Below are positions 48,088-57,654 of a stretch of DNA of 64,000 bases, in pieces. This stretch comes from an uncultured Candidatus Saccharibacteria bacterium (GTDB lineage: Bacteria > Patescibacteriota > Doudnabacteria > UBA920). Position 1 is the stretch's first letter; every line of letters starts with the position of its first letter. The notes under the pieces are model-generated. The model saw nothing but the letters and a program-made list of their open reading frames with translations. It ran no database searches and was not told the origin of the DNA. The position numbers and the translations under genes are program-made. Location: contig CAYYWQ010000001.1 in the NCBI GenBank assembly GCA_964474825.1, positions 677,609-741,608 on the forward strand, written 5' to 3'.

Positions 48088-48115
48088 TGTTATAATTATT
48101 ATGATTGATATTTTC

Positions 48116-48144
48116 ACTATATACCCCCTGGGGGTATGTGTCAA
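48116..48144 (-). promoter_or_regulatory. Sigma70 promoter with CsoR-type operator
   Basis: TTGACA-N17-TATAGT; palindrome ATACCCCC-T-GGGGGTAT at 48121-48137. Confidence 0.85.
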
Positions 48145-48152
48145 GTCCAAAT

Positions 48153-48181
48153 AAAAAACACTCCAATTTGGAGTGTTTTTT
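48153..48181 (-). terminator. Terminator after tRNA-His
   Basis: aaaaaacactcca-att-tggagtgtttttt. Confidence 0.8.
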
Positions 48182-48184
48182 ATT

Positions 48185-48260
48185 TGGGGCGGCTAACGGG
48201 AATTGAACCCGTGTTCCCGCTGCCACAGAGCGGTGTAATAACCACTATACCATAGCCGCC
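48185..48260 (-). tRNA. tRNA-His(GTG)
   Basis: GGCGGCTATGGTATAGTGGTTATTACACCGCTCT-GTG-GCAGCGGGAACACGGGTTCAATTCCCGTTAGCCGCCCCA with G-1:C73. Confidence 0.95.
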
Positions 48261-48288
48261 ATATTGGGATTATTTTATTGTATTACCA

Positions 48289-48819
48289 TTATAATATTTC
48301 CTTTTCTAATCTTCTTTCCAATTCTTCCGCGCTTATAGGTTTAAGGAGGTGTTTTAATTCCGGGTCTTTAGAAAGATCAACACCATTTTTTTCCAGTATA
48401 ATTGCTGTCATTTTCATAATTTTGGTAACTTCTTTTTCAGCAATTAAATTGACCTGTAAATGAATTTCTTCCCGTAAATCGTCTACCTTCATGGAGCGGT
48501 TCTGTGAAATAAGTACTATTATGGCCAGGAAAATAGCTTCTAAAGACACAAAAGTTGTTAGCAGACTAAAAGGGAAAGGGTCAAACACCGGAAGAAAAGA
48601 AATTTGGCCGGTATTTGTCAAAATCCAAAGCAGGAATATTACCGCATTAAGAGCCAAGAAAGCCATACTTCCAAAACCGGAAGTCATTTTGTCGGCCAAA
48701 CGTTCTATAAACGTCCGTCTAGCGTCTGCCTTAGCTTTAATAGTTTTAATTACCACTCTTCTTTGGCCTTCATTTTCAGGAGCATTAACGTTAGTAGAAG
48801 AGGGCGGATTGCTTGGCAT
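48289..48819 (-). CDS. DUF1003 membrane protein
   Basis: ERLAD, FGS, FDPFPFSLL, SLEAIFL, ISQNR. Confidence 0.88.
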   Translation of the reverse strand: MPSNPPSSTNVNAPENEGQRRVVIKTIKAKADARRTFIERLADKMTSGFGSMAFLALNAVIFLLWILTNTGQISFLPVFDPFPFSLLTTFVSLEAIFLAIIVLISQNRSMKVDDLREEIHLQVNLIAEKEVTKIMKMTAIILEKNGVDLSKDPELKHLLKPISAEELERRLEKEIL

Positions 48820-49016
48820 AAACTAATGGTTAAAATAAAAACCCTTGCACAGAATTTGTGAAGAGCTTGCAAATATACCTGCTGTGCCAGGTAAGAACAT
48901 TATATCAATTTATTGGGTTTTAGTCAATTAAAAAGGGTTAAAAGGTCCTGAGGACAGCGGCCTGGATATATTTTGCTCGCCTAGATGATAAAACGATAAG
49001 ATGGTAAAATGTAAAT

Positions 49017-49787
49017 ATGAGTACCCCTATTATTTGTTTTGGCCAGCAGCCCAATGGGTTTTTCCCCAAAAATTTTGTTGTGTCTAAAATTAACACCGCG
49101 CGCAAGCTGCAAAAAGAAGTTGGGGGGAAGATTGTGTGGTTTTACCACGACAGCGATGCGGACTATAGAGAGACTATAACTATCCTCCACGATAAAAAAT
49201 CTGGCAACGAAGTTCGCTTAAATTTTTTGCAAGAAAATAAAATCCAAAAAAAGTTTTCGCCCCTTTACGCCAAAAGAATCCCAAACGGCTGGAAAGAAGA
49301 AATTTTAAAACAACTTCCCCGGTTTGTTAATCCACCAACGATTGAAATCTTCCGATCAATAGAAAAAAGTAATGTCGCGGATTTCTGTCTGGAAATGTAC
49401 GAAAAACTGGGACTTTTAGAAGGCATTGAAGTAATGCGTTCTTCTGACAAAAATTTTAGGGAAGCCGCGCCGGACCTTTTACAAGACTACTTTGCTGATG
49501 TAAAATACCAAGGCGAGATTGTCAGGGCGCAAATGATTGAAGGTCAGCTTAAACTTCACGAAGGTGGCGGCAAATACATTACATTAGATAATCAAACACT
49601 ACAAAAATCCCAAAAAACCCCAGGTCGTGACCATCGTCTTTCCTGGATGCAAGCAGTTATAAACTGCACCCACTACATTCACGGCGAGGGTGAAAAAGAT
49701 TATTTAAATTTTGAGCAACACCCGGAAATTAAATACATTCAGCGCGACCCAATTGAAAATTCTGATTCTGCTTGGCTTCCTTCTTAA
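49017..49787 (+). CDS. Short BshC-like protein
   Basis: GQQP...SKINTARKL...VWFYHDSDADYRE resembles the BshC N-terminal Rossmann motifs; YIHGEGEKDY; first gene before bshB1-bshA. Confidence 0.55.
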   Translation: MSTPIICFGQQPNGFFPKNFVVSKINTARKLQKEVGGKIVWFYHDSDADYRETITILHDKKSGNEVRLNFLQENKIQKKFSPLYAKRIPNGWKEEILKQLPRFVNPPTIEIFRSIEKSNVADFCLEMYEKLGLLEGIEVMRSSDKNFREAAPDLLQDYFADVKYQGEIVRAQMIEGQLKLHEGGGKYITLDNQTLQKSQKTPGRDHRLSWMQAVINCTHYIHGEGEKDYLNFEQHPEIKYIQRDPIENSDSAWLPS

Positions 49788-49814
49788 ATCTTTCAATTAT
49801 TAAATCTTTCAATT

Positions 49815-50507
49815 ATGAAATTACTAGCTATTGGTGCCCACCCCGACGACATTGAATTTGGTTGCGGCGGGTTAATAATTAAAGAGGTGGAAAAAGGTAG
49901 TCAGGTGAAATATCTTACCTGCTCTTTAGGTGAGGCCGGCAGTAATGGTACGGCGGACGGACGGAAGGCCGAAGCCGAAGCAGCTGCCAAATTAGTTGGC
50001 GCGGAAATTGAATTTTTGGATTTTGGCGGCGATTGCCACTTTGAATACAAACCACAAAACGCTATCGCTTTGGCCAAAATAATAAGGCAATTCAAACCGA
50101 ATGTGGTTTTAACCCAGCAGCTAAAGGAAAACCAGCATCCTGACCATGCGGTTATTGCCAAACTTACCCGCGACGCGTGCCGTATGGCTCGTTACGGAGG
50201 CCTTACAGAACTAAAAGAATTACCAGTACATAAAATAGACGGACTCTATTATTTCCCAAGCTCCGTAGATTTTGACGGCCAACCGGATATTTTAATAGAC
50301 GTAAGCGACTATTTTGAAAAATGGCAGGAAGCTATGAATTGCCACAAAAGCCAAATGAAAACTACTGACTATTTGGAATTAATAAACAGCAAAGCCGCTG
50401 CCTTAGGCAGGTCTATTGGCATAAAATACGCTGTTGCACTCTGGGCCAACGAACCAATGCGCTTAGACAGTTTAGCTGATATAACCCTGTCTTCCCGCAA
50501 TTACTAA
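49815..50507 (+). CDS. bshB1: PIG-L family deacetylase, BshB1-like
   Basis: GAHPDDIEFGCGG, GEAGSNGT..GRKAEA, HPDH, HKSQ. Confidence 0.8.
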   Translation: MKLLAIGAHPDDIEFGCGGLIIKEVEKGSQVKYLTCSLGEAGSNGTADGRKAEAEAAAKLVGAEIEFLDFGGDCHFEYKPQNAIALAKIIRQFKPNVVLTQQLKENQHPDHAVIAKLTRDACRMARYGGLTELKELPVHKIDGLYYFPSSVDFDGQPDILIDVSDYFEKWQEAMNCHKSQMKTTDYLELINSKAAALGRSIGIKYAVALWANEPMRLDSLADITLSSRNY

Positions 50508-51658
50508 TGAAAACTTCCTACAAGCTAAAGATCGGAATAGTCTGTTATCCTTCCATTGGCGGCAGCGGCGTTGTTGCCACGAATTTAGGTTTGGAATTGG
50601 CAAAGCTTGGCCACCAGGTGCATTTTATTTCCTACGAAAAACCTTTTAGGCTAAACGGAAGCCACCATAAGAATGTTTATTTCCATAAAGTAAATATAAA
50701 TAAATATCCCGTTTTTAAGTATCCTGACTATTCCTTGCCCTTAGCCGTTACTATTGGTAATGTGCATGAAAAATACGAACTGGATATTGTCCATGTACAT
50801 TACGCGGTACCCCATGCCACCGCAGCACTTTTAGCCAATGGCATGATACGGCAATGTAGCCACTGCACTCCCCCAAAAATTATTACTACTTTGCACGGCA
50901 CCGACATTACGCTTTTAGCGCAGGACCCAAACCTCTACGAGGTTATAAAATTTTCCATAGAAAGATCTGACGGCGTAACCGCAGTTTCAGACAGCTTAAA
51001 AAATGAAACACACAAAGTTTTAAAAACTAAAAAACCTATAGAGACAATTTACAATTTTTATAACCCCGTGCCCGCGACTAAATCCCGCGAGTCCATTCGC
51101 AGAGCTTTAAAAATTAAGACTGATAATATCCTGGCAATACATCTTTCAAACTTAAGGCCCGTAAAAAGAATCCCTGACTTGCTAAAAATTGCCTCCTTAA
51201 TTCAAAATTCTAAATTCAAACTTCTAATTCTGGCCGGAGAAAAATTTGATCCCTATTTAACATTAGTAAAAAAGCTTGGCGTTCAAAATAAGCTCATTGT
51301 TAAAGAAAATGTTCAGGACATAGAAAACTATTTAAGCGCCGCAGACCTGGGACTCTATACTTCTGAAACCGAAAGCTTTGGTATGGGCATGCTTGAAACT
51401 ATGGCCTATGGAAACCCAGTATTAGCCACAAAAACCGGCGGGATTCCTGAAGTTTTAATTAACGGTGAAAATGGCTACCTGTTAAAACTTGGGGACACCA
51501 AAGGCTTTGCAAGCAAAATTAAGGATTTAATAAACAACCCCTATCTTCTAAAAAAGCTAGGAGCGCAAGCCAAACTCCGCGCCGCTGAACATTTTTCCTC
51601 CCAAAAAATAGTTAAAGACTACTTAGAATATTACTTTAAAATATTAGAAAAAAAATAA
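50507..51658 (+). CDS. bshA: N-acetyl-alpha-D-glucosaminyl L-malate synthase
   Basis: KIGIVCYPSIGGSGVVAT.LG, HVHYAVPHA, TTLHGTDIT, HLSNLRPVKR, ESFG. Confidence 0.92.
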   Translation: MKTSYKLKIGIVCYPSIGGSGVVATNLGLELAKLGHQVHFISYEKPFRLNGSHHKNVYFHKVNINKYPVFKYPDYSLPLAVTIGNVHEKYELDIVHVHYAVPHATAALLANGMIRQCSHCTPPKIITTLHGTDITLLAQDPNLYEVIKFSIERSDGVTAVSDSLKNETHKVLKTKKPIETIYNFYNPVPATKSRESIRRALKIKTDNILAIHLSNLRPVKRIPDLLKIASLIQNSKFKLLILAGEKFDPYLTLVKKLGVQNKLIVKENVQDIENYLSAADLGLYTSETESFGMGMLETMAYGNPVLATKTGGIPEVLINGENGYLLKLGDTKGFASKIKDLINNPYLLKKLGAQAKLRAAEHFSSQKIVKDYLEYYFKILEKK

Positions 51659-51689
51659 AAAAATCACCGCGTGAGGCGGTGATTTTTTT
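51657..51689. terminator. Bidirectional intrinsic terminator
   Basis: aaaaaatcaccgc-gtgag-gcggtgattttttt. Confidence 0.85.
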
Positions 51690-52311
51690 ATTTTGCCCAT
51701 TCTTGCAATCTTCCGGCTTTAATTTCAATTTTGTCCGCCTTTCTTAAATTCTTGATTTGCCTTATCGACAAAATTTTATAATGTTTTGTGGCGTCTAGTT
51801 TCTCGGGCAAAGTTACTAAATCTTTTTCCGTGGTTCTCCAAGAGAGATTATTTATTTTATTTAAATTAAACGGCCCGGAATATTCCCTTAAAGTTTTTTT
51901 GCCGTTGTCTAAAAAATATTCGTGAAAATAACTAAGCGCTAATTCGCGGATAGTTTTATAAATAGGTTCGCGATAACGCAGGACTACGTGGTTAGTTTTG
52001 CTAATGGCGCCCCAGCTGCCAAACTGCCGAAACAAACAAACTACATGATCAAGGTCGTTTGATGTAGAGCGAAGATCTAAAAGAAGTGGCTTTTGCCCGT
52101 GAAATTCCAAAATTGCAGCAGCTAGTGCCGCGCCATCCATACAATGGGCTTTGCCAAATTTTAAGACTTCCCGGGGGCTCCTGCACTCTACCCCGTCCTT
52201 GGCCGGGTTATGCTTTATTTTAAAAGTTAAAAAATCCTGGATTTTTTTAGGAGAATCCAGTTTTTTAAAAATTGCTATTTCTTTTTTATTGTATGGTTGG
52301 AGGCGCGACAT
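51688..52311 (-). CDS. Transglutaminase-like hypothetical protein
   Basis: AHCMDGAALAAA, DHVVCLF, WGAISKTNH, LRYREPIY. Confidence 0.65.
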   Translation of the reverse strand: MSRLQPYNKKEIAIFKKLDSPKKIQDFLTFKIKHNPAKDGVECRSPREVLKFGKAHCMDGAALAAAILEFHGQKPLLLDLRSTSNDLDHVVCLFRQFGSWGAISKTNHVVLRYREPIYKTIRELALSYFHEYFLDNGKKTLREYSGPFNLNKINNLSWRTTEKDLVTLPEKLDATKHYKILSIRQIKNLRKADKIEIKAGRLQEWAK

Positions 52312-52927
52312 TACTTTGTTTAAAGAAAAATCTGCATTCCACTAAAGCACAAAGAGCGTAATACAAAACACCCCACGCAACAATAGTTTGCGGCACGCGT
52401 TCAAACATACCCCCTCCCCCGGGAAATACTCCAGTAGGAAACGGAAACCATTTTAGCAAAAGGCCTTGAAACAAAACAACTAAAACAATAGCCCCTAAAA
52501 AGCATAAGAAGAAAGACGCAAGCCTACCCTGTTCAGTTTGGGACAAAGCCTGTCTGCCAAAAAATTTGGAGAGAACGCTAACCGCAAACATTCCGGTTAA
52601 AGTCCAATTATTAAAATGTACGGCGTAAGTTATGGCAAAAAGAAAATAAAATGCTATAAGCAAAGCTTCTGTGCCATAAAAACTAAAGGTTTTACCAAAA
52701 ATAGATACTGTAAACTGTTTAAAGGCTTTTAAATTTTCCGGTCTGGTATTTTGCAACCCGCCAAACATGCCGCTGGCATGAAGACTTAAAAATTCAAAAA
52801 CAAAAAAAAGAACACTTAAACTGGTAATAAATTGGGCGTTTGCAACAGGATTTAACAAAGCAGCCCAAAACAACCATACAAGTACAATATTACCTGTTAA
52901 AGCCAAGACAAAATTAAAGCTTTTCAT
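52286..52927 (-). CDS. Hypothetical multi-pass membrane protein
   Basis: About 6 hydrophobic segments. Confidence 0.65.
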   Translation of the reverse strand: MKSFNFVLALTGNIVLVWLFWAALLNPVANAQFITSLSVLFFVFEFLSLHASGMFGGLQNTRPENLKAFKQFTVSIFGKTFSFYGTEALLIAFYFLFAITYAVHFNNWTLTGMFAVSVLSKFFGRQALSQTEQGRLASFFLCFLGAIVLVVLFQGLLLKWFPFPTGVFPGGGGMFERVPQTIVAWGVLYYALCALVECRFFFKQSNVAPPTIQ

Positions 52928-52951
52928 AAACCATTTTAAGAAATTTAACGA

Positions 52952-53554
52952 CTACCTAGCATCAAAACGTATAGCTGCTTCCCCCAAGCCCGTACCCTGG
53001 TTAGACCAGCCATTGCCATTACCGCGCATGTCTCCGGTAGCAAGGTTGCCATCGTCTATTGCTTTATCTATATTTATTAGTTCTGCCACAGGAACAAGTC
53101 CGGAATTATTAGCGGCTACTGTACCAGCTTTGTCGTCGTCCAAAAAAATAAAATAATCAGGTTTGCCGTCCCCGCTGCCGTCCGCAGTTCCGTCGTCTCC
53201 CCCAAATTCATAACCCACATGGCCGCCCCAGGGATGATTTTTTTCCCACTGGGAAATATAAGGACCTGCCCATTTTGGAACTCCTAAACTATTAAGAAAT
53301 GGGTCATTTAATGCATTGCAGGTAAAAGTAATATCAGATTCAACCATACAGTCATTAGGAGGGTACTGGCCGGTGTCTGAAACGTATAATTCCAACCTCT
53401 GCCTTAAATCGTTAACTAAAATTTCTGTCTTTGCGGTTTTACTTCTGTCCCTTGCTTTAGTAAGAGACACCAACACAACCGAAGCCATTAACCCAATAAT
53501 TGCAATTACCACGAGCAATTCCAGTATGGTAAAACCTTTTTGTGTTCGAGACAT
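52952..53554 (-). CDS. Type IV pilin / GspG-like prepilin
   Basis: KGFTILELLVVIAIIG cleavage motif; YVSDTGQYP; WAGPYI; PWG. Confidence 0.88.
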   Translation of the reverse strand: MSRTQKGFTILELLVVIAIIGLMASVVLVSLTKARDRSKTAKTEILVNDLRQRLELYVSDTGQYPPNDCMVESDITFTCNALNDPFLNSLGVPKWAGPYISQWEKNHPWGGHVGYEFGGDDGTADGSGDGKPDYFIFLDDDKAGTVAANNSGLVPVAELINIDKAIDDGNLATGDMRGNGNGWSNQGTGLGEAAIRFDAR

Positions 53555-53564
53555 CTAAAAAAAT

Positions 53565-54470
53565 TTATTTTTTTTCGGTTTTATGCCCGCCAAACTGTTT
53601 TCGCAGCAAGGCCACAATTTTGTTGGAAAATTTTTGTTGGTTCTCCGGCTGCGCGGATTCCTGGCGTACTTTAAGCGCGTCTTCAATAATCCTAACGTCC
53701 ACCCCCAACTCTTTAGCAGTCTTAACTGTCCACTCGCCTTCACCGGTTGCTTCTATCAATCCTGAAGTTTCTTCCACATTTTCATTTTCAAAAATATTCT
53801 TGGTCAAATCAATCAACCAACTTTTAACTACCGACCCTTCCTGATAAATCTTTGTAACCTGGTTTAAATCTAAATTAAAATCACTGGCCTTTAAAACTCC
53901 ATAACCTTCGGCAATAGCTTCCATCATTCCGTATTCAATGCCGTTATGCACCATTTTAACAAAATGCCCGGCGCCGTTACTGCCAACCAATCCGTAATTC
54001 TGTCCTGATGATAAAACTTTAAGGACCGGCTCTATAACTGGCCACTGCTCCTTTGGTCCCCCGACCATTAACGCAAAACCATTTTTATAACCCCAAACCC
54101 CGCCGCTGGTGCCGCAATCGTAAAAAATTATCCCTTTGCTTTTTAATTCTTCCGCTCTCCTAATGCTGTCTTTATAAAAACTATTACCGCCGTCTATAAC
54201 AATGTCACCGGGCTTAAGATGTGGCCCCAACTGGTCTTTTAAGAACTCGTCTACAATTTTATGCGGCAACATTAACCAAAACACACGCTGAACGTCTGTA
54301 ATATTTTTTACAAGCTCGCTTACATCAGCAAAAGTTTTTACGCCAAATTTTTCAGCCTCTTCCCTATGCTCAGCCGACCGATTCCAGCCTAAAACTTCAA
54401 AACCATTTTCTTGAAGTTTCCTGGCAATCTGACCACCCATTCTTCCTAAACCAAAAATTGAAATTTGCAT
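53565..54470 (-). CDS. gnd: 6-phosphogluconate dehydrogenase (short form)
   Basis: GLGRMG, IDGGNS, DCGTSGG, GHFVKMVHNGIEYG, LRKQFGGH. Confidence 0.95.
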   Translation of the reverse strand: MQISIFGLGRMGGQIARKLQENGFEVLGWNRSAEHREEAEKFGVKTFADVSELVKNITDVQRVFWLMLPHKIVDEFLKDQLGPHLKPGDIVIDGGNSFYKDSIRRAEELKSKGIIFYDCGTSGGVWGYKNGFALMVGGPKEQWPVIEPVLKVLSSGQNYGLVGSNGAGHFVKMVHNGIEYGMMEAIAEGYGVLKASDFNLDLNQVTKIYQEGSVVKSWLIDLTKNIFENENVEETSGLIEATGEGEWTVKTAKELGVDVRIIEDALKVRQESAQPENQQKFSNKIVALLRKQFGGHKTEKK

Positions 54471-54474
54471 AAAT

Positions 54475-54792
54475 TTATTGTAGCAAATAACGGTATTTTT
54501 TCATATCTATTTTAAAATCGGGGCTAACCTTTACTCCTTCTTTCTTTAACAACACCATTTGTAGTTCCTTATTCGCCGTCCAATTGCCTTTAATCGATAT
54601 TACTCCCTGATTATTTATTACCCGCCACCAAGGGATACCATCATCCGCTGATAATGAACGAAGTACTCCTCCAACCTGCCTTGCCGCCCTCGGGCTGCCA
54701 GAGGCCGCGGCAACCTGACCATAACTAACAACTCTCCCCTTAGGGACGCGCGAAATAATTTCCAAAACTTTTTTCCTGAAATCTTTTGCCAT
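54475..54792 (-). CDS. Alkyltransferase-like (Atl/YbaZ) protein
   Basis: VPKGRVVSYGQVA, ARQVG, PWWRV with no catalytic Cys. Confidence 0.85.
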   Translation of the reverse strand: MAKDFRKKVLEIISRVPKGRVVSYGQVAAASGSPRAARQVGGVLRSLSADDGIPWWRVINNQGVISIKGNWTANKELQMVLLKKEGVKVSPDFKIDMKKYRYLLQ

Positions 54793-54793
54793 T

Positions 54794-55405
54794 TTATTCC
54801 ATATCTACACTTGCCCATAGCAGTCTGCTGGCGAGAGTTTTATGCGGGTGCCAAGAGTCCAATAATTTTTGTAGTTTTTTGCTATGTTTCTTAGTGTCTA
54901 TATTATATAGCTTCTTTAAACCATTACGCAGGCCTAAGTCTCCCATACTAAACACATTTGGCCTGCCAAGACTAAACATTAAAAACATTTCCGCGGTCCA
55001 GCGGCCAATACCTTTAATTTGGATAAGTTGATTAATTATTATTTCGTCCTGAAGTTTAGAAAGCTTCCTAAAATCCAAACTTTTATTTGTAGCTGCTTCA
55101 GCCAAATTTTTTATATAAGATATTTTTTGGAAGGAAAGCCCACAAGAACGAAGTCTGGAATCTGATATTTTTAGCACATCATCGGCCTTAGGAAATTTGT
55201 TACCAAAAAGCCCGCGGAACCTTTTTTCAATTGTGGCGGCAGCCTTGCCGGAAAGCTGTTGGTTAATTATTGCCACGACCAAAGACTGGAAATGGTTGCG
55301 ACGGGGCAACAATGCTTTAATATTGGCGCGTTTAATTATCCCAGCCAAAACCGGATCAGCTTTTCCCAGATGTTTCAGTGCCCGCTGATGAATATTTATA
55401 GCCAT
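54794..55405 (-). CDS. alkA: AlkA-type 3-methyladenine DNA glycosylase
   Basis: IINQQLS, IKGIGRWTAEMFLMF, DLG, WHP. Confidence 0.88.
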   Translation of the reverse strand: MAINIHQRALKHLGKADPVLAGIIKRANIKALLPRRNHFQSLVVAIINQQLSGKAAATIEKRFRGLFGNKFPKADDVLKISDSRLRSCGLSFQKISYIKNLAEAATNKSLDFRKLSKLQDEIIINQLIQIKGIGRWTAEMFLMFSLGRPNVFSMGDLGLRNGLKKLYNIDTKKHSKKLQKLLDSWHPHKTLASRLLWASVDME

Positions 55406-55452
55406 TTAAGATAAAAAAACGGCCGCCCAAAGCGACCGAAAATATTTAAATA

Positions 55453-55815
55453 TTAAAATAAATTAAATTCAGAGTTTTTATTAAGCCCATAATATGTACC
55501 AAGGTCCTCGCCTTTAAACTGATGGACTATACCTAAACTTTCCAGCTGCGCTAAATATTCGGAAGTACTCGATTCGTCCGCCATTAAAAAAGAGGTTAGC
55601 TCTTCCATTTTGGCCCCTTCGGGTTTTTGTACCAAAAAATTATAGAGCTGTTCCATTTTTTCCGCGCTCTCGCGGCTGGCTTTAGACTGGGACTCAGTCG
55701 CTGCGCCGGCAGCCTTGGCCTGCTTTTTCCAAACATACAAAACCAGCCCAATACCGAGCAGCACCCAACAACCTACCAAAGCAATTTTTACTATATCAAT
55801 ACTGGACATTTTCAA
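55453..55815 (-). CDS. Membrane-anchored small wHTH-like protein
   Basis: TM then STSEYLAQLESLGIVHQ..G..TYY. Confidence 0.55.
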   Translation of the reverse strand: MKMSSIDIVKIALVGCWVLLGIGLVLYVWKKQAKAAGAATESQSKASRESAEKMEQLYNFLVQKPEGAKMEELTSFLMADESSTSEYLAQLESLGIVHQFKGEDLGTYYGLNKNSEFNLF

Positions 55816-55887
55816 TATTCTCTAACAAAATTATAACCTGTTAAGGTTAAAAAGTAAATTTAACAATATTTTAGCCTTAACTTAAAC

Positions 55888-57378
55888 CTATTTAGTATGC
55901 CACTGTCGACCGTCCCTAGCCAAAAATTCGTCCGCTTCTTTTGGGCCGTTGCTTCCGGCCTTATAAATTTGCAGCGGAAGATCTTTAAAAGCGGAGTTTT
56001 GGGTAATACTGTCCACAAATTTCCAGGCTGCTTCAATTTCGTCACTGCGGATAAACAAACGCTGGTCCCCTTCCATAAAATCCAACAGCAGACGTTCATA
56101 AGCAGAAGGAATTTCCGAGGCAAAATTTTTCTGGTAACCAAACTCGTAATCCCCCTGGTGAAGCTTAATTCCAAAACCGGGCTGTTTGTTGTTCAAATGC
56201 AAATTAACACTTTCGTCCGGCTGGATGCGGAACGTTAAAGTATTGGCGGCGCAGCCTTCAAACAGGCAGCGTGCCGGTTCACGGAAGTGAATGGTAATTT
56301 CCGTTAATTTTTTACTTAATTTTTTACCGCTGCGCAAATAAAACGGCACTCCGGCCCAGCGCGGCAAATTAATATAGGTTTTTAGTGAGAAAAAAGTTTC
56401 CGCGTTGCCGCCCGTGTCATTCAAAATTTTGGGTCCAATGTCTTTTTTGTAACCCTGGTACTGCCCCTTTACCAAACGCACAGGCAATTTTTGCTGGTCA
56501 AACAATTGCAAAGCATTAAGCACGCGCAATTTTTCGCTGCTTATCATATCCGCGGTTAACTGGTAAGGCTCTTCCATGGCAATTAACGCAAGCATTTGCA
56601 AAATGTGATTTTGCAAAAAATCTTTTAAAGCGCCGGTTTGTTCGTAATACATGGCGCGGCCACCCACTCCGTCTTTTTCTAAAACGGAAATTTCCACATG
56701 CTCAATAAAGCGGTTATTCCACAGGGGCTCAAAAATGCTGTTGGCAAAACGTACCACCATTAAATTCTGTACGGTTTCCTTGCCGGCATAATGGTCAATG
56801 CGGTAGATTTGTTCCTCGGTAAAATACTTGAGGAGCAATTTATTTAAGTCGCGTGCAGATTCCAAATTAAAACCAAAAGGCTTTTCCACCAAGATCCGCA
56901 CTTTGCGGTCATGGGAAGCGCAACTGGTTAAAAGCCCGTTCTCTTTTAAAATATGGGTAATGGAAGCAAAAAACTGCGGACTGGTCGCGAAATAATACAA
57001 ACGATTAAAGCATTTATGGGTCGGCTTTTCGCGCGTTTGCAAAAGCTTAGTTAAGGCGGCAAAAGATTCCGGCTTCTCAAAATCCCCTTCAAAGTAAACC
57101 AGGTGCTTTAAAAAATGCTGTCGTTGTTTTTTGCTAATTTTTTTTTGCGACCTGGATTTTTTTAAAATAAAATCCAAATACCCTGCCGCGTCCAGGGACC
57201 TTCTGCCTACACACACCAAAGTAAAATCTTTGGGGAGCATCCCTTGCCCATCCATGCGAAGCAGCGCTGGCAATAAATAATTGCCAGACAAATCACCCGT
57301 AGCGCCAAAAATAGTCAAAACCGTTGGCGGCAGGTTTAGGTCTAATTTATGGAATTTATTATTGCCGGACTTTTTCAT
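55888..57378 (-). CDS. zwf: Glucose-6-phosphate 1-dehydrogenase
   Basis: IFGATGDL, EKPFG, RIDHYAGKE, QNHILQ, GVPFYLRSGK, AYERLL. Confidence 0.96.
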   Translation of the reverse strand: MKKSGNNKFHKLDLNLPPTVLTIFGATGDLSGNYLLPALLRMDGQGMLPKDFTLVCVGRRSLDAAGYLDFILKKSRSQKKISKKQRQHFLKHLVYFEGDFEKPESFAALTKLLQTREKPTHKCFNRLYYFATSPQFFASITHILKENGLLTSCASHDRKVRILVEKPFGFNLESARDLNKLLLKYFTEEQIYRIDHYAGKETVQNLMVVRFANSIFEPLWNNRFIEHVEISVLEKDGVGGRAMYYEQTGALKDFLQNHILQMLALIAMEEPYQLTADMISSEKLRVLNALQLFDQQKLPVRLVKGQYQGYKKDIGPKILNDTGGNAETFFSLKTYINLPRWAGVPFYLRSGKKLSKKLTEITIHFREPARCLFEGCAANTLTFRIQPDESVNLHLNNKQPGFGIKLHQGDYEFGYQKNFASEIPSAYERLLLDFMEGDQRLFIRSDEIEAAWKFVDSITQNSAFKDLPLQIYKAGSNGPKEADEFLARDGRQWHTK

Positions 57379-57417
57379 ATTCAGCTTTCGTTTATTGGAT
57401 ATTTATGTTATATTGAG

Positions 57418-57651
57418 TCAAGAATTACACACTGAGCCAAGTTCGAGGCATTTTCTGACAATAGCTTGCTGGCCTAAGTCGGGCTTAGCCCGACTAGCGG
57501 CCAGCATAATGCTTCAGGATGTTTGGAGGCGTAGTCAGACTACGGCGACAAACACCGGAAGAAAATAACGAAGAAATTGGCCAGAGCTGCTTTTTTAAGG
57601 ATTCCCAATTCACTTGGGATCCAAAAAAAAGCAGCGGTGCGGAAATCTTGA
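57418..57651. repeat. Palindromic MITE-like element, family A, long copy
   Basis: IR tcaagaattacacac / gtgcggaaatcttga; shares cacactgagccaagttcgaggcattttctga and aggatgtttggaggcgtagt with 13856-13971. Confidence 0.8.
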
Positions 57652-57654
57652 TAT

